Source of the DNA: Macrostomum lignano
Taxonomy: Eukaryota
NCBI GenBank assembly: GCA_002269645.1
Contig: NIVC01001581.1
Span: 62,001-126,000 of the forward strand
Direction: 5' to 3'
DNA length: 64,000 nt
Position numbers and translations under genes: made by a program
The notes under the pieces: generated by a model
The model's input: the letters and a program-made list of their open reading frames with translations, nothing else
Databases searched by the model: none
What the model was told of the DNA's origin: nothing
Part shown: positions 13,701-25,834 of the stretch, one piece after another
How the letters are laid out: the number at the start of each line of letters is the position of its first letter
Position numbering within the stretch: position 1 is the first letter of the stretch

Positions 13701-14801
13701 TGATCAACCCTATGATTGATTATGAGCAACCCGATAATCAATTATGATCAACCCTATGATTGATTATGAGCAACCCAATGATTGATTATGAGCAACCCAA
13801 TGATTGATTATGAGCAACCCTATGGTTGATTATGAGCAACCCTATAATTGATTATGAGCAACCCAATGATTGATTATGAGCAACACAACGATTGATTATG
13901 AGCAACACAATGATTGATTATGAGCAACCCAATGATTGATTATGAGCAACCCAATGATTGATTATGAGCAACCCAATGATTGATTATGATCAACCCAATG
14001 ATTGATTATGAGCAACTCTATGGTTGATTATGAGCAACCCAATGATTGATTATGAGCAACCCAATGATTGATTATGAGCAACCCTATGATTGATTATGAG
14101 CAACCCAATGATTGATTATGAGCAACCCAATGATTGATTATGATCAACCCAATGATTGATTATGAGCAACTCTATGGTTGATTATGAGCAACCCAATGAT
14201 TGATTATGAGCAACCCAATGATTGATTATGAGCAACCCTATGATTGATTACGAGCAACCCAATGATTGATTATGAGCAACCCTATATGATTGATTATGAG
14301 CAACCCTATGATTGATTATGAGCAACCCAATGATTGATTATGAGCAACCCTATATGATTGATTATGAGCAACCTATGATTGATTGGTTGATAAATCATAA
14401 GCAACCCACCCATATCTCAGGTGACAACCACGCTGCCAGGCACCTATCCGGTGTCATTTAAAATCTGTCTCTATCTGGTTCGCAACTCCAACATTCTGGT
14501 GGAATTTCGTCGTACAGCCGGCAGCGGCCTTCAATTTAGCCAGTTCTATCAGCGGCTCCACTCGCTGCTCAAGCACATTATTAGCCAAGACGACGAGTTG
14601 TGCGGCCTGCTCAAAGCCGCAGTTGATGCCAAGAATTCATCGACTAATAACGCTGCCTCAGCCGCTGCAGCCGATGGCGGGGGCAACGTGAGTTTTATGG
14701 ACTGCTCAGAGCCTTCCGATGTCGGAGCCGCCGCCGCCGCTGCCGTCGGTGATTGCGCCGGCGCTCAGCAGGTTGGCATCGATGAGGATGTTGTTATGTG
14801 A
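10782..14801 (+). CDS. CHK1: Checkpoint kinase 1-like Ser/Thr kinase (exons 10782-11336, 12061-12450, 13142-13564, 14421-14801)
   Basis: Kinase motifs LGEG, [48 protein letters not shown]. Regulatory SSSQ and FTQP, then RLTRFFT and a KA1-like C-terminus (ILVEFRRTAGSGLQF) as in Chk1. Three phase-0 GT-AG introns. Confidence 0.85.
11373..12000. repeat. 24-bp minisatellite in CHK1 intron 1
   Basis: (AATCGCCCACAATCCCATAAAGAG)n, degenerating 3'-ward. Confidence 0.93.
13577..14405. repeat. 22-bp minisatellite in CHK1 intron 3
   Basis: (GATTGATTATGAGCAACCCAAT)n. Confidence 0.95.
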
Positions 14802-14929
14802 ACTCTTATTATTGTATGATGCGTTATGGTTCTATGCGTGTTGCGTTGCTTTATTAGTTGACTTGATTCGTAATAAATTTAGTTATATGTGGTGAAAACT
14901 GCCCAAATATGGCACTTACGCGCCTCTAG

Positions 14930-15540
14930 AACTCCTACAGAGACTACCATGAAATGGGTAAAAAGACTTCGTTAGAATTGCTACAAAGACTCCTCTAGAA
15001 TAGGTACAAAGACTCACTTAGAATCGATACAGGCTCCTCTAGAATAGGTACAAAGACTCACTTAGAATCGATACAGGCTCCTCTAGAATAGGTACAAAGA
15101 CTCACTTAGAATCGATACAGGCTCCTCTAGAATAGGTACAAAGACTCACTTAGAATCGATACAGGCTCCTCTAGAATAGGTACAAAGACTCACTTAGAAT
15201 CGATACAGGCTCCTCTAGAATAGGTACAAAGACTCACTTAGAATCGATACAGACTCCCCAAGAATAGGTACAAAAACTACCCTAGAATAGGTACAAAGAC
15301 TATCCTAGAATAGGTACAAAGACTATCCTAGAATAGGTACAAAGACTTCCCTAGAATAGGTACAAAGACTACCCTAGAATAGGTACAAAAACTACCCTAG
15401 AATAGGTACAAAGACTCACTTAGAATCGATACAGGCTCCTCTAGAATAGGTACAAAGACTCACTTAGAATCGATACAGACTCCCCAAGAATAGGTACAAA
15501 GACTTCCCTAGAATAGGTACACAGACTTCCCTAGAAACGC
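14930..15540. repeat. 44-bp (2x22) minisatellite downstream of CHK1
   Basis: (TAGGTACAAAGACTCACTTAGAATCGATACAGGCTCCTCTAGAA)n mixed with 22-bp monomers. Confidence 0.9.
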
Positions 15541-16134
15541 TACAAAAACTGTTTAGCCTGTGTCTGGTCCGGATACGCCTCCAACGTGTTTTATATATTT
15601 CCAAATTTCTATTTTATAATCTACTGTGCAATAAATTAATATTTATTTTCTTAATATTCTTTCGCCTTGCAGAAGCATTAATAGTTAGCATCAATATTTT
15701 TCTATGCATTTTAACTCCTGCTCAATTATTGTTTTATACCAACGAACTTGACCTTTTTCGTGTCCTTTGTTTCAACTAATTTTCATTCTATGCTACTTGG
15801 TATTTAGTAGTAGTATATCACGCACGGCGTTATTTTTTCCAACTATCCAGCATTTGGCATCAGTTGTATTGTTTAAAAACACAACTTGTATGAAATCTCT
15901 ATTGACTTTTATAAATAATAATATACAATCATTTAATACGGCAGAAACTTTAATTCGCGCCACGAAGCTGCCAAATCAAATTATTTTTAGCACTAGAACT
16001 TTGTACTGGACACTCTTTGTTAATAGCCATTAGATACATTAACGCCAGCTAATTGAGCGGTACGAAACTATTATAGTTGATGACCAAACATGCTGTCGTC
16101 TATGGCCAAAACTCTACTAACTGCCTGGAAATTA

Positions 16135-16358
16135 CACCTTTTCACGTTCAATTTTGAACAAAGTCCAGTTCTAAAAAAACTAGCGGAAATTCAATTCAGA
16201 CAATTCAGACTGGGGACAATTTTGTCTATGGCTAAACCTCGCTTCCGTAGCAGAATGTTTTGAACTGGGTTTTGTTGCCCCAGTCTGAATTGTCTGAATT
16301 GAATTTCCGCTAGTTTTTTTAGAACTGGACTTTGTTCAAAATTGAACGTGAAAAGGTG
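16135..16358. mobile_element. MITE with ~81-bp TIRs and TA flanks (Tc1/mariner-type)
   Basis: 16135-16215 is the reverse complement of 16278-16358; flanked by TA at 16133-16134 and 16359-16360. Confidence 0.75.
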
Positions 16359-16634
16359 TAGTTTCTTTTTAGACACAAGACATAGTCTATAGTAGCGGGT
16401 GGGGCTTTGCTTGCCATCCTTGCTATCCTTGAAGGCTTAAGTCAAAGGCTGGCGAGACTCGCCGAGTCGAACTGTTGACGAGAGCATCGGGTAAGAAGCG
16501 AATAGACCCTGGAAAAAATAATTCTGTTTTTGTCCCTTTTAAATCTGACTTTCAGATCACTTTCTGTCGACATTGCTTGGTCATTCCAATGTCATAAACG
16601 TAGGTCTGCTTCGTAGAACCATGCTGGCAGAAAC

Positions 16635-16875
16635 TGCTGGATGAAGGAACAGAATGGATTGCTAATCTATAGCCTTATCTGCTGGATGAAGGAACAGAAT
16701 GGATTGCTAATCTATAGCCTTATCTGCTGGGTGAAGGAACAGAATGGATTGCTAATCTATAGCCATATCTGCTGGGTGAAGGAACAGAATGGATTGCTAA
16801 TCTATAGCCATATCTGCTGGGTGAAGGAACAGAATGGATTGCTAATCTATAGCCATATCTGCTGGGTGAAGGAAT
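16635..16875. repeat. 45-bp minisatellite, locus 1
   Basis: (CTGCTGGGTGAAGGAACAGAATGGATTGCTAATCTATAGCCATAT)n; same family as 21583-22928 and 49165-49546. Confidence 0.95.
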
Positions 16876-17719
16876 ACACACGTACGTCTTTTATCGTTAC
16901 GATGCAATGGTTTAGGTAGGCCAAAGATCATATATACACAAGATGGGCCACTCATTAACGGCTTATATGGGCATAGAAGCTCTATATAAGATCTATGGTT
17001 TAGGCATGCCATATTATAAAATTAGGATATCTAATATTTAGGCATGCTTTTTAGTAGAAAAAAGTTCTGTAGAAAAGCAGCACATTAATTCGGGTCTTCC
17101 ACTGTTTTATTTAGATTGGCGCTAATCTGTGCTAGAGCTAGTGAGTTCCTCCTCTGATACCAGCTCCCCATTTCGCAGGAATCTACCAGCACTTCTTCCT
17201 CAGTAGCTGCAGTCCAGGCATGCTTTGACTCCCTCGCGACTGTGGCTACTCCTTGTTTTTAAATTATTGAAACCTGCGATAATCAGCCCGACTATTCGAC
17301 TGGCTTAAGTTTCCATCTACATGTGGTATATAAGCTGCTTATCAAACTCATAAGAAGCATATAGAGCCTAACGATATTGGAGTACCGACTGCAAATTTGC
17401 AAATTCGGAAACCAGCTACTCAAGCTACAAAAAAGGAATCTGTTCAAGGCATCCTCACATATTTTTGCTGCTTTTTATTGTTTAAGGACGTTTCCTTAAA
17501 GATCAAATCAAAGATGCTATAAAAGAAAGATTTTACTTGCTTTCCACTGTTTGCTAATAGTAAGCATTATGATATTGAACTCTTCAATTTTATTGCTTTT
17601 GCAATGGCTAAAATCTATAAATTTAAAAAAAGTTTTTTTGGTTCTTGTCACCGATTTAAGGCTTAAATGCTACTGAATCCAATAGATGTAGTAGCATAGT
17701 GTCATACAGAGTCTAAAGT

Positions 17720-18620
17720 TCACCTACAGACCAATTAATTAGCTTTGATAAATTCTAATGTATAGAGATTCACTTGCAGGCCAATTAGCTTTGATAAACT
17801 CTTATCTATTGAGATTCACCAGCATACCAATTAATTAGCCTTGATAAACTCTTATCTATTGAGATTCACCAGCATACCAATTAATTAGCTTTGATAAACT
17901 CTAATCTATAGAGATTCACCTGCAGACCAATTAGCTTTGATAAACTCTAATCTATTCGAGATTCACCTGCAGACCAATTAGCTTTGATAAACTCTAATCT
18001 ATAGAGATTCACCTACAGACCAATTAGCTTTGATAAACTCTAATCTATAGAGATTCACCTGCAGACCAATTAGCTTTGATTAACTCTAATCTACAGAGAT
18101 TCACCTGCAGACCAATTAGCTTAGATAAATTCTAATCTATAGAGATTCACCTGCAGACCAATTAGCTTAGATAAATTCTAATCTATAGAGATTCACCTGC
18201 AGACCAATTAGCTTAGATAAATTCTAATCTATAGAGATTCACCTGCAGACCAATTAGCTTAGATAAATTCTAATCTATTGAGATTCACCTGCAGACCAAT
18301 TAGCTTAGATAAATTCTAATCTATTGAGATTCACCTGCAGACCAATTAGCTTAGATAAATTCTAATCTATAGAGATTCACCTGCAGACCAATTAGCTTTG
18401 ATAAACTCTAATCTATAGAGATGCACCTGCAGACCAATTAGCTTTGATAAACTCTAATCTATAGAGATGCACCTGCAGACCAATTAGCTTTGATAAACTC
18501 TAATCTATAGAGATGCACCTGCAGACCAATTAGCTTTGATAAACTCTAATGTATAGAAATTCACCTGCAGACCAATTAGCTTTGATTAACTCTAATCTAT
18601 AGAGATGCACCTGCAGCCCA
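17720..18620. repeat. 46-bp minisatellite
   Basis: (CCAATTAGCTTTGATAAACTCTAATCTATAGAGATTCACCTGCAGA)n. Confidence 0.93.
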
Positions 18621-18861
18621 ATCAAATTATCAAAGGACCAAAATGCCTTTTTTACCTACGTGCAATGTCAAAACAGCGTTACGATTTTTAACAAATTTAT
18701 TTCACTGATAGTAGCAGTTCAATGATGTTTCAATAATTATTAGTTAATTCATTACAGTTACTGACATTCACAACGAACTGAAATTCGATCAAGAATACCG
18801 TTAGTCAAATTTCAAGTTCCTCGTCACAAGCTTTCAGAGCTTGGTCTGTCTGACTGTCTCG

Positions 18862-21800
18862 TCACTTCTCCATTCGAACGCTGCGTTTCTTTCGTCCACT
18901 GAAAATTAATGAAGCAGTGACAGAGAAATATGATAGAAACACAACCGGCTTAAGCATGCTTGATTAAAAGCAGTTTTTTGTAGGAAAAAATTCACGATTA
19001 AGTATTTTGTTAACCCTATGGCAGAGATTTTCTAATCAACCCGCTCTCATGCTTTGTACAAATGGGAATACCTGAATTTTGATAGATTAACAATACAACA
19101 GCAGCTACACGGCTTGGTTGCGGGGAAGTTCAAAATTTGAATTGAATATTGAAAACTGCTGCACGCACGTGACTGCAAGGTGGTAAGCGGAAGAGCTGTG
19201 GGGGTGGGGACTTGGTGATGGGATCAGGGAGCCGACCTACTAGTCTAGGCGATTGCAGGGGGAGGCAGAGAGGAGAGGGCATGGAGGGTAGGGCAGAGAG
19301 GAGAGGGCAGGGAGGAGAGGGCAGGAAGAGGGTAGGGCAGAGAGGAGAGGGCAGGAAGAGGGTAGGGCAGAGAGGAGAGGGCAGGAAGAGGGTAGGGCAG
19401 AGAGGAGAGGGCAGGAAGAGGGTGGGGCAGGGAGGGTAGGGCAGAGAGGAGTAGGCAGGAAGAGGGTAGGGCAGAGAGGAGAGGGCAGAGAGGGCAGAGA
19501 GGAGAGCGCACAAATTCAGTTTTGTTTACAAAGGTTAATAAACCGGTGATAAAGGTTTAACTCGCCAACGCGCAGAGCTCTCTGATGAGATTTAACAATC
19601 GGGACTGGATTCTGGACCCAGCTTATTGCCGGAGCCCTCAAACAGGGAGAATACTGAAGAGAAGTCTGAGCAGACACTACTACAGAGATTGGCACTCAAG
19701 TTGGTATCTAATGAATTATTCATGAGCAATAGAGACCCCTGTGCTGAGGGTAAAGATAACACCGAGAATCGAGACTATCATATATAATCCGTCACGTCTG
19801 CTGCAATACTGGAATCGATTCAGTATTCGATTTAAACATGAAAAGCTTCTTTTCGAGTGTACGTGTTGACTTTTCAGTCAGAGTTAAGAGAGATTGAGCG
19901 AGACTGGGTGCAGGATGAGGATCGATGCTGGGATATGAGAAAGTTGGGGAGATTTACGAGCTACTCGTACTCGTACCTGCTTTAGAGTATTAACTGGTAC
20001 TCCACTCTTGCGAAAAATACCGTTAGATCTCCTTAAATTGCACCCTCTACAGCTCCTTATACCTGCTTCTACACCTCCCTCTACACCTCCCTCTACATCA
20101 TCATCTACACCTGCCTCTACACCTGCCTCTACACCTCCCTCTACACTTCCCTCTACACCACCATCTACGTCTCCCTCTACACCTCCCTCTACACCTCCCT
20201 CTACACCTCCCTCTACACCTCCCTCTACACCTCTCTCTACACCTCCCTCTACACCTCCCTCTACACCTCTCTCTACACCTCTCTCTACACCATAATCTAC
20301 AACTCCCTCTACACCTCTCTCTACACCTCTCTCTACACCTCCCTCTACAACTCTCTCTACACCTCTCTCTACACCTCCCTCTACACCTCCCTCTACACCT
20401 GCCTCTACACCTGCCTCTACACCTCCCTCTACACCACCATCTACGTCTCCCTCTACACTTCCCTCTACATCTCCCTCTACACCTCCCTCTACACCTCTCT
20501 CTACACCTCCCTCTACACCTCTCTCTACACCTCCCTCTACACCTCCCTCTACACCCGCCTTTACACCACCTACACCATGTCTACAACAAAGAGCACTCCT
20601 CAAACAACGCAGAATCCCCAAAAGTCGCACTTGGCCTGCAGGTCGATCCCGTACTGTCCGCTGGTGGATCCCAGCCTTTCTATCGATGACAGCAGGTCGG
20701 CGAGGCGGTGATCGGAGCTCAGACGCTTCAGAATGGGCCTATAAATTTATGTGACGCAAGTAGATCAGTGCAAGCTTGGTCGAGCTTCAAATGAATTCCG
20801 GCAGTCAGAATACGAGCATAGATACATTCTATCTCTGGCTGTATCATTAAAGACATTTTGAAGCGGCGTCTGGAGTAATTAAATAAATATTAATTACAGG
20901 GCTGGCAGCAGGCTTCTTGAGTAGACAGTTCCAAGACTTAATTAGCATTCAAACAGGACAGCCTGTCTAGCAGCGCCTTCAAAATGGCGTCAAATACAGC
21001 CACCCTCTACAGTCTCTTTTACAGCATTCGCTATGACAGGACTTTTTACAGCAACTTCTATAGCACTTTTTACAGTACCCCTACAGAACTTTCTACAGCA
21101 CCCTCTACAACGCCTCTACAGGTACAGCACTTCATTAACATGTACATCACCCTTTACAGAACTTCATACAGCACCCTTCATACAGCACTTTTTACATCAC
21201 CCTCTAAAGCACTTCCTGCAGTACCCCTACAGCACTTTACAGCACCATCTTACAGCAAGCTACAACAGGAGAAGCTCTGCTGAAATTAAGCGTCGTAGTT
21301 TTAATTGGCATCCAGAATCAGAAGCTATGAATGGCTTGCCTGTGTGAATTTCCTTGCCAAACTCTGGCTTCATCACTGAGCAAACACTGTTTTCTACGTG
21401 TTAAAACTGTCAGTCAACCCTTAGATATCGTTTCAGCAAAACTACAGTGAGAATTTTTGACAATACAAACTGCTTTTTCCAACAGATTCTGGGTTTAAGC
21501 AAACAGTTGTGCTGGGTGTCGGCTGTAAAACATTCAGATATCCGTTTGAGTTCTAAGATACTGCTTAGCTTCCCTCAGTTAGGCCTATAGATTAGCAATC
21601 CATTCTGTTCCTTCATCCAGCAGATATGGATATAGATTAGCAATCCATTCTGTTCCTTCATCCAGCAGATATGGCTATGGATTAAGAATCCATTCTGTTC
21701 CTTCATTCAGCAGATATGGCTATAGATTAGCAATCCATTCTGTTCCTTCATCCAGCAGATATGGCTATAGATTGGCAATCCATTCTGTTCCTTCACCCAG

Positions 21801-23055
21801 CAGATATGGCTATAGATTAGCAATCCATTCTGTTCCTTCACCCAGCAGATATGGCTATAGATTAGCAATCCATTCTGTTCCTTCATCCAGCAGATATGGC
21901 TATAGATTAGCAATCCATTCTGTTCCTTCATCCAGCAGATATGGCTATAGATTAGCAATCCATTCTGTTCCTTCACCCAGCAGATATGGCTATAGATTAG
22001 CAATCCATTCTGTTCCTTCACCCAGCAGATATGGCTATAGATTAGCAATCCATTCTGTTCCTTCACCCAGCAGATATGGCTATAGATTAGCAATCCATTC
22101 TGTTCCTTCATCCAGCAGATATGGCTATAGATTAGCAATCCATTCTGTTCCTTCATCCAGCAGATATGGCTATAGATTAGCAATCCATTCTGTTCCTTCA
22201 TCCAGCAGATATGGCTATAGATTGGCAATCCATTCTGTTCCTTCACCCAGCAGATATGGCTATAGATTAGCAATCCATTCTGTTCCTTCACCCAGCAGAT
22301 ATGGCTATAGATTGGCAATCCATTCTGTTCCTTCACCCAGCAGATATGGCTATAGATTAGCAATCCATTCTGTTCCTTCACCCAGCAGATATGGCTATAG
22401 ATTAGCAATCCATTCTGTTCCTTCACCCAGCAGATATGGCTATAGATTAGCAATCCATTCTGTTCCTTCATCCAGCAGATATGGCTATAGATTAGCAATC
22501 CATTCTATTCTTTCATCCAGCAGATATGGGCTATAGATTAGCAATCCATTCTGTTCCTTCACCCAGCAGATATGGCTATAGATTAGCAATCCATTCTGTT
22601 CCTTCATCCAGCAGATATGGCTATAGATTAGCAATCCATTCTGTTCCTTCATCCAGCAGATATGGCTATAGATTAGCAATCCATTCTGTTCCTTCATCCA
22701 GCAGATATGGCTATAGATTAGCAATCCATTCTGTTCCTTCATCCAGCAGATATGGCTATAGATTAGCAATCCATTCTGTTCCTTCACCCAGCAGATATGG
22801 CTATAGATTAGCAATCCATTCTGTTCCTTTACCCAGCAGATATGACTATAGATTAGCAATCCATTCTGTTCCTTCACCCAGCAGATATGACTATAGATTA
22901 GCAATCCATTCTGTTCCTTCACCCAGCACTAACCTGTGTTGTTGAACTGCAGCAGCCTCTGCCTCATGATCCAGCGGATAGTTGCTAGGCCGGCAGTTGG
23001 CCATTCCAGCTAGCATCAGGGCGCACAGGGTGAGTGTCAGAATTGTGATCTTCAT
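18862..23055 (-). CDS. Secreted amidated neuropeptide precursor, paralog B (exons 23055-22934, 20738-20631, 18898-18862)
   Basis: Spliced translation [88 protein letters not shown]: signal peptide, dibasic site, 31-aa peptide, Gly-basic amidation signal. Two phase-2 GT-AG introns. A likely 5'UTR intron runs from about 24853 to 23070. Confidence 0.8.
19245..19505. repeat. 30-bp purine-rich repeat in intron 2 of neuropeptide gene B
   Basis: (GGGTAGGGCAGAGAGGAGAGGGCAGGAAGA)n. Confidence 0.9.
20045..20580. repeat. 12-bp repeat (CTCTACACCTCC)n in intron 2 of neuropeptide gene B
   Basis: Direct inspection; a degenerate relative lies at about 21000-21250. Confidence 0.92.
21583..22928. repeat. 45-bp minisatellite, locus 2 (intron 1 of neuropeptide gene B)
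   Basis: Reverse complement of the locus-1 unit; begins about 6 nt from the GTTAGT donor at 22933. Confidence 0.97.
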
Positions 23056-23394
23056 AATGGATTTTTAACCTGAAAATGTAGGTGAAGTGAAGAGTTTGCC
23101 CCGGTTTTTGGATAAAATTGATACCATAGCCTATAAAATTCTGCCAATAAAGGTGCGAAGAAAGGAAAATAGCTGTGTATGTTGATCAAGTTGTGTTTTT
23201 CAAAATATGCTTGCTAAATACAAACTTGATTATCGCTAATTACAGTATTGACAGGAAATTTCTAAAATGATACCATTGGAATAAAACATTTGAAGTCAAA
23301 TTTAACTAAATTTTATAGATACATTTATGTTGGAGAATAAAAATATCTACTTTGGAGACAATTTGGAAATATGAATAGAGACAGAGGCAGCTAT

Positions 23395-24435
23395 GAAGGA
23401 GACAGTGAGAGAGTGAGGGAGAGAGTGGGAGAGTGAAGGAGACAGTTAGAGAGTGAGGGTGAGAGTGAGGGAATGAGGGTGAGAGTGAGGGAGTGAGGGA
23501 GACAGTGATGGAATGAGGTAGACAGTGAGAGTGTGAGGGAGACAGTGAGGGAGTGAGGGAGACATTGAGGGAGTGAGGGTGAGAGTGAGGGAATGAAGGA
23601 GGCAGTGAGGGAGTGAGGGAGAGTGAGAGAGTGAGGGTGAGAGTGAGGGAGTGAAGGAGGCAGTGAGGGAGTGAGGGAGACAGTGAGGGAGTGAGGGAGA
23701 CAGTGAGAGTGTGAGGGAGACAGTGAGGGAGTGAGGTAGACAGTGTGAGAGGGAGGGAGTAATGAGAGAGTGAGGGCAGTGAGGGAGTGAGGGGGACAGT
23801 GAGAAAGTTAGGGAGTGAAGGAGTGAGGGAGACAATGAGGGAGTAAGGGAGACAGTGAGGGAGTGAGGGAGACAGTGAGGGAGACAGTGAGAGTGTGAGG
23901 GAGACAATGGGGGAGTGAGGTAAACAGTGTGAGAGGGAGGGAGACAGTGAGGGAATGATGGAGACAGAGGGAGTGAGGGAGTGAGGGAGACATTGAGGGA
24001 GGGAGAGTGAGAGTGAGGGAGTGAAGGAGGCAGTGAGGGAGTGAGGGAGACCACGAGAGAGTGAGGGAGACAGTGAGAGTGTGAGGGAGTCAGTGAGGGA
24101 GTGAGGGAGACAATGAGGGAGTGAGGTAGACAGTGTGAGAGGGAGGGAGACATTGAGAGAGTGAGGGCAGTGAGAGAGTGAAGGAGACAATGAGGGAGTA
24201 AGGGAGACAGTGAGGGAGTAAGGGAGACAGTGAGGAAGTGAGGGAGACAGTCAGAGAGTGAGGGAGACTGTGAAGGGGTAGACAGTGAGGTAGTGAGAGA
24301 GTGAGAGTGGCAGTGAGGTTGGGTAGACAGTGAGGTAGTGAGAGAGTGAGAGTGGCAGTGAGGTTGGGTAGACAGTGAGGTAGTGAGAGAGTGAGAGTGG
24401 CAGTGAGGTTGGGGTAGACAGTGAGGGAGTGGGAG
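23395..24435. repeat. Degenerate GAGTGAGG/GACAGTGA purine-rich repeat
   Basis: Low complexity; lies in the putative 5'UTR intron of gene B. Confidence 0.9.
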
Positions 24436-25547
24436 GGAAACGAATGTGGTTGTGCAAGCTTACGAAGCTCCTAGTCCCGTACTTAAAGAGCTTAGGGGCG
24501 GCTTTAAAACTGATGGGATTTAGATGTTGGAAAATCGGACAGATTTCAGTGAAATTTCAATCAAAATTGTAACTCTGTTTACGTAGCTGAAGGCGTTAAA
24601 GTGACAGATAGCTTCATCAAATAGCTTAAACCTTTTGGTTCATTTTTTTGACAGTTGCATTATTGAATTTTATCCAGTAGATATTGGTCAGGTCGCAAAA
24701 AAAGAAATTTAGAAGAAAGTCAATTTTTGGTGAGAGATGAAATTAAAATTTGCGACATCATAAATTACTAATGAATCAATTCATATTTTAAAAGGTCAAA
24801 AGTGAATTTTAATTGTTACTGGTTAATTAACAGCAGGAGATCGGCATGTCTTACCGATTTAAACGTCTGCGTTTGGCTGAAGAAACGAAAAGAAGTCGAC
24901 TTTGCCAGTTCAAATTGTCTTTCACACGGCAAAGAGAAGAGTTCGAAGTGCCTTCCTGCTTAACCAATTTATGGGAATAGTGGTTATTGGAGGACAAGCG
25001 TACATGGGCTGCTATTGGTCTAGACAGTTTCAACTAATCAGAGAGTAGATGAACTTTGCAAGCAGATCGAAGTAGAAATTTTTTGTATAGCTTAAAAATG
25101 GTAAAAAAATCCGTAAATTCCTCCTGATCACATGATCACATGATACATTTTCAATAAGCATTCTTCAAACCTCATTCAATTGGCTGGCCAAATAGCCGAT
25201 TCAACAACTTTCAACTCTCAGCGCAGGGTCTTCAGAGTCAATAAATATGCTCTTAGTCGTTTCACCAGGCTTCTACTATGTCCAACCTCACCTACTGTAC
25301 AAATCCAAATACCAGTGCAAGAAGGAATTTAGGTCGGTACACGAGAAATGAACCAACCAAAATTCATAATTTTCAATGGCGCCCCAGCCAGCCCGTAACT
25401 CAACTTGCGGTGCGCGGCCTGCGGCAACTACGGCGGCCTCCGCGACACCGCCTGCTGCTTGAATAGGAGCAAGTTGGACTTTTCGCACAGCAGCCGCTGC
25501 AGGCGCAATCCAGCTTCTCGTAGCTCTGCTCATCGGCTTGACAAAGA

Positions 25548-25834
25548 ATATAATCATAATAATTAGCTCGTAGATACACCTCCCCTAATGGCCAGATGTG
25601 CAACCGACAGCTCAGCGTACGGCTGTTCAGTCCAAGGACTGGAGAGGGGGTCACCACACACCCCCTCAATTACCCCAGCTAATGCTGGCACCCATTTTAC
25701 GAAGTACAGCTGGGTGAACTGAAGCAATGCAGAGTTGAATGCAGAGTCTTGCTCAAGGACACAAATTGTTCCGAATGGGATCTGGTATCGAACCCCCGAC
25801 CTTTCAGTCGTGAGTCCGGCGCACTACAACCCCC
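25548..25834 (-). mobile_element. tRNA-derived CORE-SINE, copy 1
   Basis: Minus strand: tRNA-like head (B-box GGTTCGATACC), GTGTCCTTGAGCAAGAC and GTAAAATGGG core motifs, ATT-rich tail; homologous to 40097-40413. Confidence 0.75.

Noticed and set aside
25405-25566. Plus-strand CAACGNYGGLRDTACCL as a cysteine neuropeptide
   Set aside because: It is preceded by an in-frame TAA with no ATG or usable acceptor.
25548-25834. tRNA gene
   Set aside because: Only the A/B-box head resembles a tRNA; it is followed by SINE CORE motifs and a simple-repeat tail.
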